The notes beneath the pieces were generated by a model. That model was given only the letters and a program-made list of their open reading frames with translations, searched no databases and was not told the DNA's origin. The translations under genes and the position numbers were made by a program. A stretch of 35,888 nucleotides of DNA from assembly GCA_947447385.1 (NCBI GenBank), contig CANFKN010000001.1, positions 1 to 35,888 of the forward strand, written 5' to 3'. The stretch's first letter is position 1. The number at the start of each line of letters is the position of its first letter. Source of the DNA: Microbacteriaceae bacterium. Lineage in GTDB: Bacteria > Actinomycetota > Actinomycetes > Actinomycetales > Microbacteriaceae. Of the stretch, positions 1 through 8,632 are shown one piece after another.

Positions 1-80
1 GCGTGCCAGAGGCTGCCAACGGCAACCGAGAACTCGCGTTCAACCGAATAAAGGAACTTGTCGTGGTTGGCGAAAGACAT
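1..80 (-). CDS. 5' part of a probable SRPBCC/AHSA1-like (START-fold) protein, running off the window edge
   Basis: The ATG at 80-78 directly follows the rnj stop. The frame reads MSFANHDKFLYSVEREFSVAVGSLWH and stays open to the edge. 'VEREF...W' resembles the SRPBCC first strand/helix. Not in the ORF track. Confidence 0.5.
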   Translation of the reverse strand, partial: MSFANHDKFLYSVEREFSVAVGSLWH

Positions 81-1757
81 TTAGGCCTCGATTACTACTG
101 GAATGATCATTGGTTTGCGACGGTGAGCCTTGCTGACCCAGCCCCCGATTGTGCGACGAATTACCTGCTGCAGAGCATAGCTATCGCGTGTGCCGTTCGC
201 CATCGCCTCAAGCAACGCTCGTTCGATTTGCGGGCGAACGTTGTCAAAAACGTGGTCTTCTTCGGCAAAGGCGCGGGCGCGAATCTCAGGGCCAACCATG
301 AGTTTACCATTGGTTTTGTCGATAACGCAGAAAATCGAAATGAAGCCCTCGGCAGCCAAAGTTCGGCGGTCTTTAAGGTCTTCTTCGGTGATGGTGCCAA
401 CCTTATTGCCATCGACAAACAAAAGCCCGCACTCAACGGCACCGACAACCTCAGCGATGCCGTTCTCGAGGTCGATGACCCAGCCATCCTCGGTGATTAG
501 AACGCGCTCACTTGGCACGCCGGTTTGCTCAGCCAACTTGCCGTTGGCAATGAGGTGGCGATATTCGCCGTGAACCGGCATCACGTTTTTAGGCTGCAAA
601 ATGTTGTAGCAATAGAGCAGCTCGCCCGCCGCAGCGTGACCAGAAACGTGCACCTTGGCATTGCCCTTGTGAATCACATTGGCACCGAGCTTGGTTAGGC
701 CATCAATCACGCGATAGACCGCATTCTCGTTGCCCGGAATCAGCGAGCTAGCCAAAATAACTGTGTCACCCTCACCGACCTCAATGTTGTGGTCAAGGTT
801 AGCCATGCGAGCCAAAACAGCCATCGGCTCGCCCTGCGAACCGGTGCTCATATATACGATTTTGTCGAGCGGCAGGTCGGCGGCTTTCTTGAGATCAATC
901 AACACATCGCCTGGCACCTTGAGGTGACCCATCGAAGCGGCGATATCCATGTTTCGCACCATGCTGCGACCAACAAGTGCCACGCGACGCCCGTGGGCGT
1001 GAGCGGCATCGAGCACCTGCTGCACGCGGTGAACGTGTGAACTGAATGAGGCAACAACAACCTGGCGCTTCGAACGGCCGATGATGTCAGCCAGAACCGG
1101 GCCAATGTCTTTTTCAAGCGGAGTGAAACCAGGCACATCGGCGTTGGTCGAGTCGCTCATGAAAAGGTCGAGCCCCTCTTCGCCGAAGCGGGCAAACGCA
1201 CGCAAATCGGTGAGGCGGCCGTCTAGCGGAATTTGGTCCATCTTGAAGTCACCGGTGTGAAGCACTGAGCCGGCCTCGGTGCGAATCATCACAGCGAGCG
1301 CATCAGGAATCGAGTGGTTCACGGCAACAAACTCGAGGTCGAAATCGGCTAGCTTTTCGCGACGCCCCTCGGCAACCACCATGCTGTATGGCGCGATGCG
1401 GTGCTCTTTGAGTTTGGCTTCAACAAAAGCTAACGTCAGGCCCGAACCAATCAAAGGAATATCTTGCTTCAAGCGAAGCAAATACGGTACGCCACCGATG
1501 TGGTCTTCGTGGCCGTGGGTCAGCACGATGCCAACGATGTCGTCAAGACGATCGTGCAAATAGCTAAAGTCAGGCAAAATCACATCGACACCCGGCTGGT
1601 GCTCTTCGGGGAACAGCACACCACAGTCAACAATCAGAATCTTGCCGTTGAGCTCAAAGACGGTCATGTTACGGCCGATTTCGCCGATGCCACCAAGCGG
1701 AATGATGCGCAAAACTCCGCGGCGCAGCTTAGCTGGCGCGGGCAGGGTTTGAACCAT
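81..1757 (-). CDS. rnj: Ribonuclease J (metallo-beta-lactamase/beta-CASP)
   Basis: PLGGIGEIGRNM, THGHEDHIG, HTGDFK, GSQGEP and HVSGH motifs; 558 aa; downstream of dapA as is usual in Actinobacteria. Confidence 0.97.
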   Translation of the reverse strand: MVQTLPAPAKLRRGVLRIIPLGGIGEIGRNMTVFELNGKILIVDCGVLFPEEHQPGVDVILPDFSYLHDRLDDIVGIVLTHGHEDHIGGVPYLLRLKQDIPLIGSGLTLAFVEAKLKEHRIAPYSMVVAEGRREKLADFDLEFVAVNHSIPDALAVMIRTEAGSVLHTGDFKMDQIPLDGRLTDLRAFARFGEEGLDLFMSDSTNADVPGFTPLEKDIGPVLADIIGRSKRQVVVASFSSHVHRVQQVLDAAHAHGRRVALVGRSMVRNMDIAASMGHLKVPGDVLIDLKKAADLPLDKIVYMSTGSQGEPMAVLARMANLDHNIEVGEGDTVILASSLIPGNENAVYRVIDGLTKLGANVIHKGNAKVHVSGHAAAGELLYCYNILQPKNVMPVHGEYRHLIANGKLAEQTGVPSERVLITEDGWVIDLENGIAEVVGAVECGLLFVDGNKVGTITEEDLKDRRTLAAEGFISIFCVIDKTNGKLMVGPEIRARAFAEEDHVFDNVRPQIERALLEAMANGTRDSYALQQVIRRTIGGWVSKAHRRKPMIIPVVIEA

Positions 1758-1887
1758 TGGTTCTCGTTTCAGTTATTTAGTTGGTCATTTATGTTTTGGT
1801 CAACACTCTGTTGTTGAACCGAAATCTGTATTGCTCGAATGCTCGCGCCGCGGTTAGGCGGTTTGTGTGGCATCCGAGAAAAATGGT

Positions 1888-2868
1888 CTAGCGGGTGGTG
1901 CCTGCAACTTTCGGCAGTGCACCGCCGGCGGCAGCGTTGCGGTCTGGTCTGAAGTTTTCAAAGGTTAGACCCGTGATGGTCTTGACCTTGTCGATGTCAT
2001 CTTCGATGCGGGCAGCTTCGGCGTCTTCTGGGCCAACGAGCGGCAAACGCACTCGTGGGCTGTCGATGATGCCGAGGCCGTGCAAAGCATATTTTGTAGC
2101 GACGGTGCCTGGCACGTGAGTCATAAGAGCGCGCTGAAGCGGCTCAAGAGTGTTGTGCACCGAAAGCGCGTGGTTGAAGTCGTTGCGGTTGGTTGCATCG
2201 ACAAGTTCACGATAGGCGGCAGGTGCGACATTCGCGGTCACGCCAATCAAACCGGTAGCGCCGATTGATAGGTGAGGCAAGACGTTGCTGTCGTCGCCCG
2301 AGAAATAAATCAAATCTGTTTCGTTCATGATTCGTGAAGCCTGAGCGAGGTCACCCTTGGCGTCTTTGACCGCAACGATGTTTGGGTGCTTAGCCGCACG
2401 GTGAAAAGTGTCGTAGCTAATCGGAATGCCGGCGCGACCAGGAATGTCATACAAGATAACTGGCAGGTCGGTGGCGTCAGCGATTAGGCGAAAGTGAGTT
2501 AGCACACCAGCCTGCGAAGGCTTGTTGTAATAAGGCGTGACGATCATTACGCCGTCGGCACCAGCAGCCTCGCTTGCCTTATAAAGCTGAATCGCGTGAG
2601 CGGTTTCGTTAGAACCACCGCCGGTGATGATTTTGGCGCGGCCACTTGAGACGCTCTTTGCAACGGTCACGAGCTTGAGCTTTTCGGCGTCGGTCAAAGT
2701 CGAAGTTTCGCCGGTTGTGCCGGTCACGACAACGCCGTCGGCACCATTGCTGATGATGTAATCAATCAGCTTCTCGGTGCTTGCCCAGTCAACCTCACCA
2801 TCAGAATTCATGGGGGTTACGAGGGCGACCAACACCTGGCCAAAAAAGTCTTTACCGTTCTGCGACAT
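1888..2868 (-). CDS. dapA: 4-hydroxy-tetrahydrodipicolinate synthase
   Basis: ALVTP, GTTGE, PYYNKP, LYDIPGR and AVKDA motifs. Start moved from the ORF-track 3105 to the ATG at 2868 (MSQNGKDFFG), which has TAATCT 7 nt upstream. Confidence 0.96.
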   Translation of the reverse strand: MSQNGKDFFGQVLVALVTPMNSDGEVDWASTEKLIDYIISNGADGVVVTGTTGETSTLTDAEKLKLVTVAKSVSSGRAKIITGGGSNETAHAIQLYKASEAAGADGVMIVTPYYNKPSQAGVLTHFRLIADATDLPVILYDIPGRAGIPISYDTFHRAAKHPNIVAVKDAKGDLAQASRIMNETDLIYFSGDDSNVLPHLSIGATGLIGVTANVAPAAYRELVDATNRNDFNHALSVHNTLEPLQRALMTHVPGTVATKYALHGLGIIDSPRVRLPLVGPEDAEAARIEDDIDKVKTITGLTFENFRPDRNAAAGGALPKVAGTTR

Positions 2869-2905
2869 GGCTACAAGATTAGCGCAGACAGCTAGCATTA
2901 AAAAT
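2869..2905. promoter_or_regulatory. Back-to-back leaderless promoters for dapA and sulP
   Basis: Minus-strand TAATCT (2876-2881) lies 7 nt before the dapA ATG; plus-strand TAGCAT (2893-2898) lies 7 nt before the sulP ATG. Neither gene has an SD. Confidence 0.6.
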
Positions 2906-4174
2906 ATGAGTCTGTTGCCCACTGGCGGCGAGCTTTTGAATTTGTTCAAAAGTCCCGGCCAAAATTTGCTTAGCGGCGTGACGGTTGCGCTGGTGGCACT
3001 GCCCCTTGCACTCGGCTTTGGAATCGCCTCGGGCATGGGTGCGCAGGCAGGAATCACCGCAGCTGTCATCGCCGGCTTCTTGGCAGCCCTTTTCGGTGGC
3101 AGCAATTTTCAAGTTTCTGGGCCAACCGGGGCAATGACTGTCGTGCTGATTCCGATCTATGCAAATTTCTCGACGGATGGCATTCTGCTCGTCGGCCTCG
3201 GCGCAGGCCTCATCTTGCTCGTGGCAGCCCTCGTCGGGCTCGGGCATCACATTCACCGCCTACCGGTTTCACTAATCGAGGGAATCACCGCAGGCATTGC
3301 CATTGTGATTATTTTGCAACAGCTGCCGGCGGCTTTTGGCGTGACTCCCCCAACCGACGGAGACCTGCCTCAAAAGGCATGGGCGGCGCTCATCGAGCTG
3401 ATCGGCTCTGGGGCATTTGGTTCGCTCGCGATGAGTGCTTCTGTTGCGGCTCTGGTAATTTTTGGTAGCCACCGGTTTCAGCGATTGCCGGTGAGCCTAG
3501 TCGTGGTTGTCTTAGCCACGATTGTTGCGCAGGTTTGGCACCTACCTCTTGCAGACGTTGGTGCGCTGCCACCGAGCATCGGCAGCTTTAGCTTGAACTT
3601 CTTTGGCGCTACTAGCCAGCTGTCAGCCCTGATTGTTCCGATGCTTTCGGTGGCTGCTCTGGCAGCGCTCGAAAGTTTGCTTTCGGCAAAAGTAGCCGAC
3701 CGCATGAAACCCGATCAACCGCCGCACGACAGCGACCGCGAACTTTTCGGTCAGGCTATCGCAAACCTAGTTACGCCATTTTTTGGCGGAGTGCCTTCAA
3801 CGGCAGCTCTGGCTCGCACCGCAGTAAACGTTCGTTCAGGTGCTACCAACCGACTTGCTGCCGTCGTTGCCTCAGTGCTGCTGGGCATATTGGTGCTGGG
3901 TTTCAGTGATCTGGTCTCACAGATTCCGCTAGCAGCGCTAGCCGGAGTGTTGATTGCTACAGCAACGCACATGGTCAAACTGTCAGAGCTTTGGCATGTG
4001 ATGCGCGGCAGTCGGCTCGACGCGCTGGTGCTTACAGCAACGGCAATCGCAACCGTTGCTCTAGACCTAACAACGGGGTTGTTCATCGGGCTAGTGCTTT
4101 GGTTGATTTTGCGCAAGAGTCGCCTCAGCCGCGCTGAACCGCTGGTTGACCAAGACGAGACGTTGGGCGACTAA
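2906..4174 (+). CDS. SulP/SLC26-family anion transporter, transmembrane domain only (no STAS)
   Basis: GVTVALVALPLALGFG, GGSNFQVSGPTGA, LESLLSA, DSDRELFGQ and ALARTAVN motifs. Start placed at the ATG at 2906. The protein ends about 20 aa after the last TM helix. Confidence 0.9.
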   Translation: MSLLPTGGELLNLFKSPGQNLLSGVTVALVALPLALGFGIASGMGAQAGITAAVIAGFLAALFGGSNFQVSGPTGAMTVVLIPIYANFSTDGILLVGLGAGLILLVAALVGLGHHIHRLPVSLIEGITAGIAIVIILQQLPAAFGVTPPTDGDLPQKAWAALIELIGSGAFGSLAMSASVAALVIFGSHRFQRLPVSLVVVVLATIVAQVWHLPLADVGALPPSIGSFSLNFFGATSQLSALIVPMLSVAALAALESLLSAKVADRMKPDQPPHDSDRELFGQAIANLVTPFFGGVPSTAALARTAVNVRSGATNRLAAVVASVLLGILVLGFSDLVSQIPLAALAGVLIATATHMVKLSELWHVMRGSRLDALVLTATAIATVALDLTTGLFIGLVLWLILRKSRLSRAEPLVDQDETLGD

Positions 4175-4902
4175 GGAGCTACTCGGCCGTTCGCGTTGAA
4201 AGCCTCATAGGTTAGCGGCATGAGCTTTGCCCAGAAGTCTTCCATTTTTTCAGCACACATTTCGATTTCGCGCTGTGGGAACGAAGGAAAGTGTGTGCCC
4301 TCGCGCTGAGTGCGCAAGCTCAAGAAGTTCATCAGAGCACGGGCATTCATCGTTACATACATGCTCGAATAAATGTTGAGAGGCAAAACGATGCGGGCAA
4401 CCTCACGTGCAACGCCAGCCTCGAGCATGCGCAAATAGGCAGCATAAGCCTCAGTTGAGGCCTTGCGTGATTCTTGCTCGACCAAAGCGATCTGCTCAGG
4501 TGTGCCAGGCAAAAACTCATAGTGACCAGTCTTGCCAACCTGCACTAGGTTGCGGTCTGGGCCAGGAACATAAAAGACTGGGCTGAGCTGCTTGTAACGG
4601 CCTGACTCTTCGTTGTAGCTCGCGATGCGGTGGCGCATGAACTCGCGAAACACAAAGATTGGCGCTTGCACATAGAAAGTCATTGAGTTGTGCTCAAACG
4701 GGCTGCCGTGGCGGTCGCGCATCAAATAGTTGATGAGGCCGCGGCTGCGCTTGTCGGCTTCAGCATCTTGCTCGTTCATCGCCGACTCAAGGGTTTGTTC
4801 GCCCTGCGTCGAAACGCGGGCAGCAAAAAGCACATCTTGGTCGGTGGCATTTGAGCGCACCAGTTCGACGGTAACGTCGCTTCTAAAAATTACATCAGAC
4901 AC
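4171..4902 (-). CDS. thyX: FAD-dependent thymidylate synthase
   Basis: HGSPFEH and the RHRX7S signature RHRIASYNEES; GTG start with TAAACT 6 nt upstream. Confidence 0.97.
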   Translation of the reverse strand: MSDVIFRSDVTVELVRSNATDQDVLFAARVSTQGEQTLESAMNEQDAEADKRSRGLINYLMRDRHGSPFEHNSMTFYVQAPIFVFREFMRHRIASYNEESGRYKQLSPVFYVPGPDRNLVQVGKTGHYEFLPGTPEQIALVEQESRKASTEAYAAYLRMLEAGVAREVARIVLPLNIYSSMYVTMNARALMNFLSLRTQREGTHFPSFPQREIEMCAEKMEDFWAKLMPLTYEAFNANGRVAP

Positions 4903-4951
4903 AGCTAAAGTTTAGGCGCTCTGGAGCGATGATGCGACGCGTCTTGCGGCT

Positions 4952-4994
4952 GTGGCGCGAACTGACATGCGACAGTGGCGTGAACTGACATGCG
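4952..4994. repeat. 20-bp direct repeat with 23-bp period in the thyX/thioredoxin divergent gap
   Basis: GTGGCGCGAACTGACATGCG (4952-4971) and GTGGCGTGAACTGACATGCG (4975-4994), one mismatch. Confidence 0.85.
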
Positions 4995-5070
4995 GTACTG
5001 CCTCGACTTGGCTCTGTAAGAAAACGACATAAAAACGCACGGATGTTTGAGCCCCTCGTAATCTAGAGTC

Positions 5071-5517
5071 ATGCCTTTTGAAGCCAAACTTGCACTATTT
5101 GCAGCCCTCGTGGTGCTGAGTGTTTTTGCTGGCCTGATCTGGAAAGCCCGCACGGGTCGAGCAAACCTAGTCAAGTCTGGCGAGTTGGTTGACCTAAACA
5201 AACTTGAAGCTCTCAAAGATGGTGTGCGCGTTAGCAAATATGGCCGAAAGGTGACGTTCGTTCAGTTCTCAACTGAGGTGTGCTCGCAGTGCCGTCAGAC
5301 AGCCCGCCTGCTAGGCGAAGTTGAAGCTAAACACAAAGACGTTCTTCACGTTGAGGTTGACGTGACCAACCGTCTTGACCTGGCAGCCCACTTTAAAGTT
5401 CTTCAAACCCCGACCACGCTGGTCTTAGATTCATCCGGTCGCGTTAAATCGCGCATCGGTGGCGCACCCAAGCCAAATGTCATCGCCCACGAACTAGAAA
5501 AACTAGAGGTTATCTAA
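5071..5517 (+). CDS. Membrane-anchored thioredoxin-like protein (CSQC active site)
   Basis: N-terminal TM helix, VQFSTEVCSQC, cis-Pro motif QTPT, RIGG; TAATCT 6 nt before the ATG. Confidence 0.88.
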   Translation: MPFEAKLALFAALVVLSVFAGLIWKARTGRANLVKSGELVDLNKLEALKDGVRVSKYGRKVTFVQFSTEVCSQCRQTARLLGEVEAKHKDVLHVEVDVTNRLDLAAHFKVLQTPTTLVLDSSGRVKSRIGGAPKPNVIAHELEKLEVI

Positions 5518-5996
5518 TGTCATCTGCAGCAAACGGCACCACCCCGGCAGGCATCGACCCGCGCGGCCCGCGCTTTGGCGCAACCATCACCAACGTGCTT
5601 AGCGTCATCATCTTTTTCTTGGCACTAGACACCGACCGCATCAACCAGAGCGCGGCTTACCTACTTTTGGTCTTGGCTGCGGTGTTGTTTGCTGTTGGCG
5701 CCTTCTTTGGCCCAAGTGCCCACCCATATTCTTGGCTCTATAAGAAACTCGTCAAGCCACGCCTTGGCGCGCCAAAAGAGCTAGAAGACCCTCGCCCACC
5801 TCAGTTCGCTCAGGCAGTTGGTCTCTTTGTGGCCGCTGTCGGCATTGTGCTGCAGGCAGTCGGCGTTCAATACGGTGTGGCAATTGCGGCTGCAGCCCTA
5901 TTTGCTGCTACCACTCTTCAGGCTTATTTTGCCTACTGCCTCGGTTGCCAGATTTATCTAGCGCTTAAGCGCGCTGGCATCATTCGCGCCAGCTAG
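5517..5996 (+). CDS. DUF4395-family membrane protein
   Basis: IDPRGPRF, EDPRPPQFAQ and C-terminal YCLGC; TAATG-coupled to the thioredoxin gene. Confidence 0.88.
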   Translation: MSSAANGTTPAGIDPRGPRFGATITNVLSVIIFFLALDTDRINQSAAYLLLVLAAVLFAVGAFFGPSAHPYSWLYKKLVKPRLGAPKELEDPRPPQFAQAVGLFVAAVGIVLQAVGVQYGVAIAAAALFAATTLQAYFAYCLGCQIYLALKRAGIIRAS

Positions 5997-6419
5997 TTTG
6001 ATTGCGCGGCGCATGGCTGCGCGAGCTCGGCGACGATCGCCGGCTGCGTCATAAGCCATGCCCAGCGCGAACCAAGCTGACCAGCTGTCTTGATTGGCTT
6101 CGACAGCGGCGCTAAAGCGCTCGAACTCGGCATCGGCAGAAACGCGAGTTGCGCGGCCGCTTGGCTGAAGGTCTAGGTTGAAATCAGGAAACTCCCCGCG
6201 CGCCACCAAAGTCTTGCCAAGACGTTCGAGGCGAAAACCAAAGCGAATCTCATAGAAGATTCCTGCCAGGCCAACAGCCGGCAAAACTAGCAAAACGCTA
6301 CCCATGACAACACCGGCAAGGCGCCCGCTGCCGATCAAAATGAAACCCTTGTCGCCGAGCAACACCACATAGAGAATGGTGAGCACGGTCATGACCATCG
6401 CGCCGATTTTAGTTTGCAA
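5958..6419 (-). CDS. Conserved actinobacterial membrane protein with a C-terminal TPR-like helix pair
   Basis: Two N-terminal TM segments, PSGR, and W..WF.LG.AYDAAGDRRRARAAMRRAI; typical position downstream of dapB; TTG start. Confidence 0.8.
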   Translation of the reverse strand: MQTKIGAMVMTVLTILYVVLLGDKGFILIGSGRLAGVVMGSVLLVLPAVGLAGIFYEIRFGFRLERLGKTLVARGEFPDFNLDLQPSGRATRVSADAEFERFSAAVEANQDSWSAWFALGMAYDAAGDRRRARAAMRRAIKLAGANDASALKR

Positions 6420-6484
6420 GTTCTAAACCCTTAGCTATTCGAAGTGGCAGATGTTGATTGCCCTTGGTTCGTGAAGTTTGACTC

Positions 6485-7249
6485 TTAGCGCTTTGACGCT
6501 TCAACAACCGCCTGCAAGCCAACAGTCAACGCCGTTGCGGTGGCTGCGGTTCGAATGGCAAGCAAAATGCCCGCCTTGTAAGAACTAACCGAGCTCACTT
6601 CGTGGCTGATTGTGAGAACTTCACTCTCGCCACCGAAAAGCACGTCTTGCTTAGCAGAGACACCGGCGAGGCGAAGGCTGTGAATCGGCACGCCAGCTGC
6701 CACCTGGCCTCGAGCTTCTTGACCAACGCCAGGCAAAAGTGGCTGAGTTAGCCCAGCCACTGCGCGCGCGTGAGAAATCATCTCGGCGGTGCGCACTGCA
6801 GTGCCCGACGGTGAATCGATTTTGCCGGCGTGGTGAGCCTCAACGATTTCGATTGAATCAAAGAAGGTGGCGGCTTCGGCGGCAAACTTGCTGGCAAGCA
6901 TCGAGCCGATAGAAAAGTTTGGAATCACAAGAACGGCAGCTTGTTCGTTGGCAGGCTTGGCTGCATTAGCAGTGTGCAGTTTAGCCTCGACAGCCGCCAG
7001 CTTGCTGGCCGACCAGCCACTCGTGCCCACAACGACCTTCAGACCATTGGTGATGCAAAAGTCAACAACGGTTTCGCTGACTTCGAATCGTGTGACGTCA
7101 AAAACTACATCAGCGCCAACAACCTGGCTGATTTCGCTCTTTGAATCTAGGGCTGCGTGCAAACGCAAATCTTGTGCGCCATCGATCAAGTCGAGGGCAA
7201 GCTTGCCCATGCGGCCGGTAGCACCAACAACTGCAACTGAAATGCTCAT
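6485..7249 (-). CDS. dapB: 4-hydroxy-tetrahydrodipicolinate reductase
   Basis: VVGATGRMG, VGTSG, PNFSIG and EAHHAGKIDSPSGTA motifs. Confidence 0.96.
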   Translation of the reverse strand: MSISVAVVGATGRMGKLALDLIDGAQDLRLHAALDSKSEISQVVGADVVFDVTRFEVSETVVDFCITNGLKVVVGTSGWSASKLAAVEAKLHTANAAKPANEQAAVLVIPNFSIGSMLASKFAAEAATFFDSIEIVEAHHAGKIDSPSGTAVRTAEMISHARAVAGLTQPLLPGVGQEARGQVAAGVPIHSLRLAGVSAKQDVLFGGESEVLTISHEVSSVSSYKAGILLAIRTAATATALTVGLQAVVEASKR

Positions 7250-7251
7250 AA

Positions 7252-8592
7252 CTAAATCTTAAGCAGGCTTTCGAACATCGACTCATTAACGTCGCCAACG
7301 GCAACGATTGAACGTTCACGACCAAGCAACCAACCCGCAAGGTTCTGAACCTGTTCGATGGTCACCTGCTCAAAGTGGTGAAGCGTTGCGTGCAAGTCAA
7401 GAAACTCGCCAGTGGTTAATTCTGAGCCGGTTAGTCGGTTCATGCGGGCCTGTGAGCTCTCGAACTTGAGGGCAAGGCCACCCGAGATATTGCCCTTTGC
7501 AAGGGTCAACTCGGCCTCGGTAATACCGTCTTGTGCAATCTTTTCTAGCTCGGCAACCATCAAAAGGCTAACCTCGGTGGTTTTGGCTGGTGAACAGCCG
7601 GCATAGAGGCCGAAATAGGCTGCGTCAGAATAACCCTGGTTGAACGAGAAAACGCTATAGGCAAGGCCGCGCTTTTCACGAATCTCTTGAAACAGACGTG
7701 AGCTCATGCCACCGCCTAGCACGGTGTTCAAAATGGCCATCGCAAAACGACGGTTGTCATCGGCAATCAAGCCCTGCATGCCAATCAAAACGTTCGCCTG
7801 AGCGATAGGTCGGTTCACAATCTTGAGCGCGGTGCCGCGAGCAATCTTTGCTTCGCCGATCTCGCGGCGAGGCACAGGCTTGCTTTTAGTGCCAAGGTCC
7901 ATGCCCGCCTTGCTGAGTGAATCTTCGACCAACTTGATAAGGGCATCGTGGTCGACTCCCCCGGCAGCTGTAACCACGATGTCTTGTGGTCGATAGTTCT
8001 GTCGATAATATTCCCAAACCGCATCACGGGTTACCGCGTTGATGGTTTCGTGGGTGCCGCCGATTGGGCGACCAAGTTCGTGCTCGCCCAAAACGGCTTC
8101 AGCGAACGCTTCAAATGCGACATCTTGTGGATCATCGTCATTCATCGCGAGCTCTTCGAGAATCACAGTGCGTTCGTTTTCGAACTCAGTCTGATCAATG
8201 AGTGAGTCGGCAAGCATGTCAGCGATCACATCAACGGCGAGAGGCAATGCTGTGCTTTGAACGCGTGCGTAATAGCTGGTGTGCTCTTTGCCGGTCGAGG
8301 CGTTCGATGAGCCACCTACTGAGTCAAAGGCAATCGCAATGTCGAGCGCGGTGCGAGCCTTGGTGCCCTTGAAGAGCAGGTGCTCTAAAAAGTGTGTGCT
8401 GCCAAAGTGGTTGTTGGTTTCATCACGTGAACCAACCGCCACCGAAAACGAGACACTCGCGCTGGCAGCAGCCGGCATGGTCTCGGTTAAAACGCGAACA
8501 CCGCTGTCGAGAATAGTGCGGCGAACCACACTACCCTCGCTAGCGGTGAACGAGAGCTCACGCTGGTCTAGGTCAAAAATAATTTCTGTCAT
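7252..8592 (-). CDS. M16-family zinc peptidase (PepR/pitrilysin-like)
   Basis: VGSRDE, inverted zinc motif HFLEH and GGGMSSRLFQEIREKRGLAYSV. Start moved to the ATG at 8592 because the ORF-track start overlaps pnp. Confidence 0.93.
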   Translation of the reverse strand: MTEIIFDLDQRELSFTASEGSVVRRTILDSGVRVLTETMPAAASASVSFSVAVGSRDETNNHFGSTHFLEHLLFKGTKARTALDIAIAFDSVGGSSNASTGKEHTSYYARVQSTALPLAVDVIADMLADSLIDQTEFENERTVILEELAMNDDDPQDVAFEAFAEAVLGEHELGRPIGGTHETINAVTRDAVWEYYRQNYRPQDIVVTAAGGVDHDALIKLVEDSLSKAGMDLGTKSKPVPRREIGEAKIARGTALKIVNRPIAQANVLIGMQGLIADDNRRFAMAILNTVLGGGMSSRLFQEIREKRGLAYSVFSFNQGYSDAAYFGLYAGCSPAKTTEVSLLMVAELEKIAQDGITEAELTLAKGNISGGLALKFESSQARMNRLTGSELTTGEFLDLHATLHHFEQVTIEQVQNLAGWLLGRERSIVAVGDVNESMFESLLKI

Positions 8593-8632
8593 GGCTAAAC
8601 CAGCCCTTTGCTTTTTAGTTTTTGAAACGTTT

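Noticed and set aside
3-500. 165-aa plus-strand ORF, representative of many antisense ORFs (e.g. 14820-15446, 22305-22808, 22824-23288)
   Set aside because: They lie opposite well-supported genes, have no recognisable motifs, and are expected from codon bias.
2869-3105. ORF-track N-terminal extension of dapA (to 3105), and the reciprocal extension of SulP (from 2777), implying a long antisense overlap
   Set aside because: Family homology begins at 2868 and 2906 respectively, each with its own -10. The extensions are antisense shadows.
4952-4994. Direct repeat considered as a CRISPR remnant
   Set aside because: Only two copies with a 3-nt gap, no spacer-length sequence and no cas genes.
4905-5237. 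110-aa minus-strand ORF, or a Cys-rich leader peptide, upstream of thyX
   Set aside because: It overlaps the thioredoxin gene antisense, has no Cys run, and both neighbours appear leaderless.
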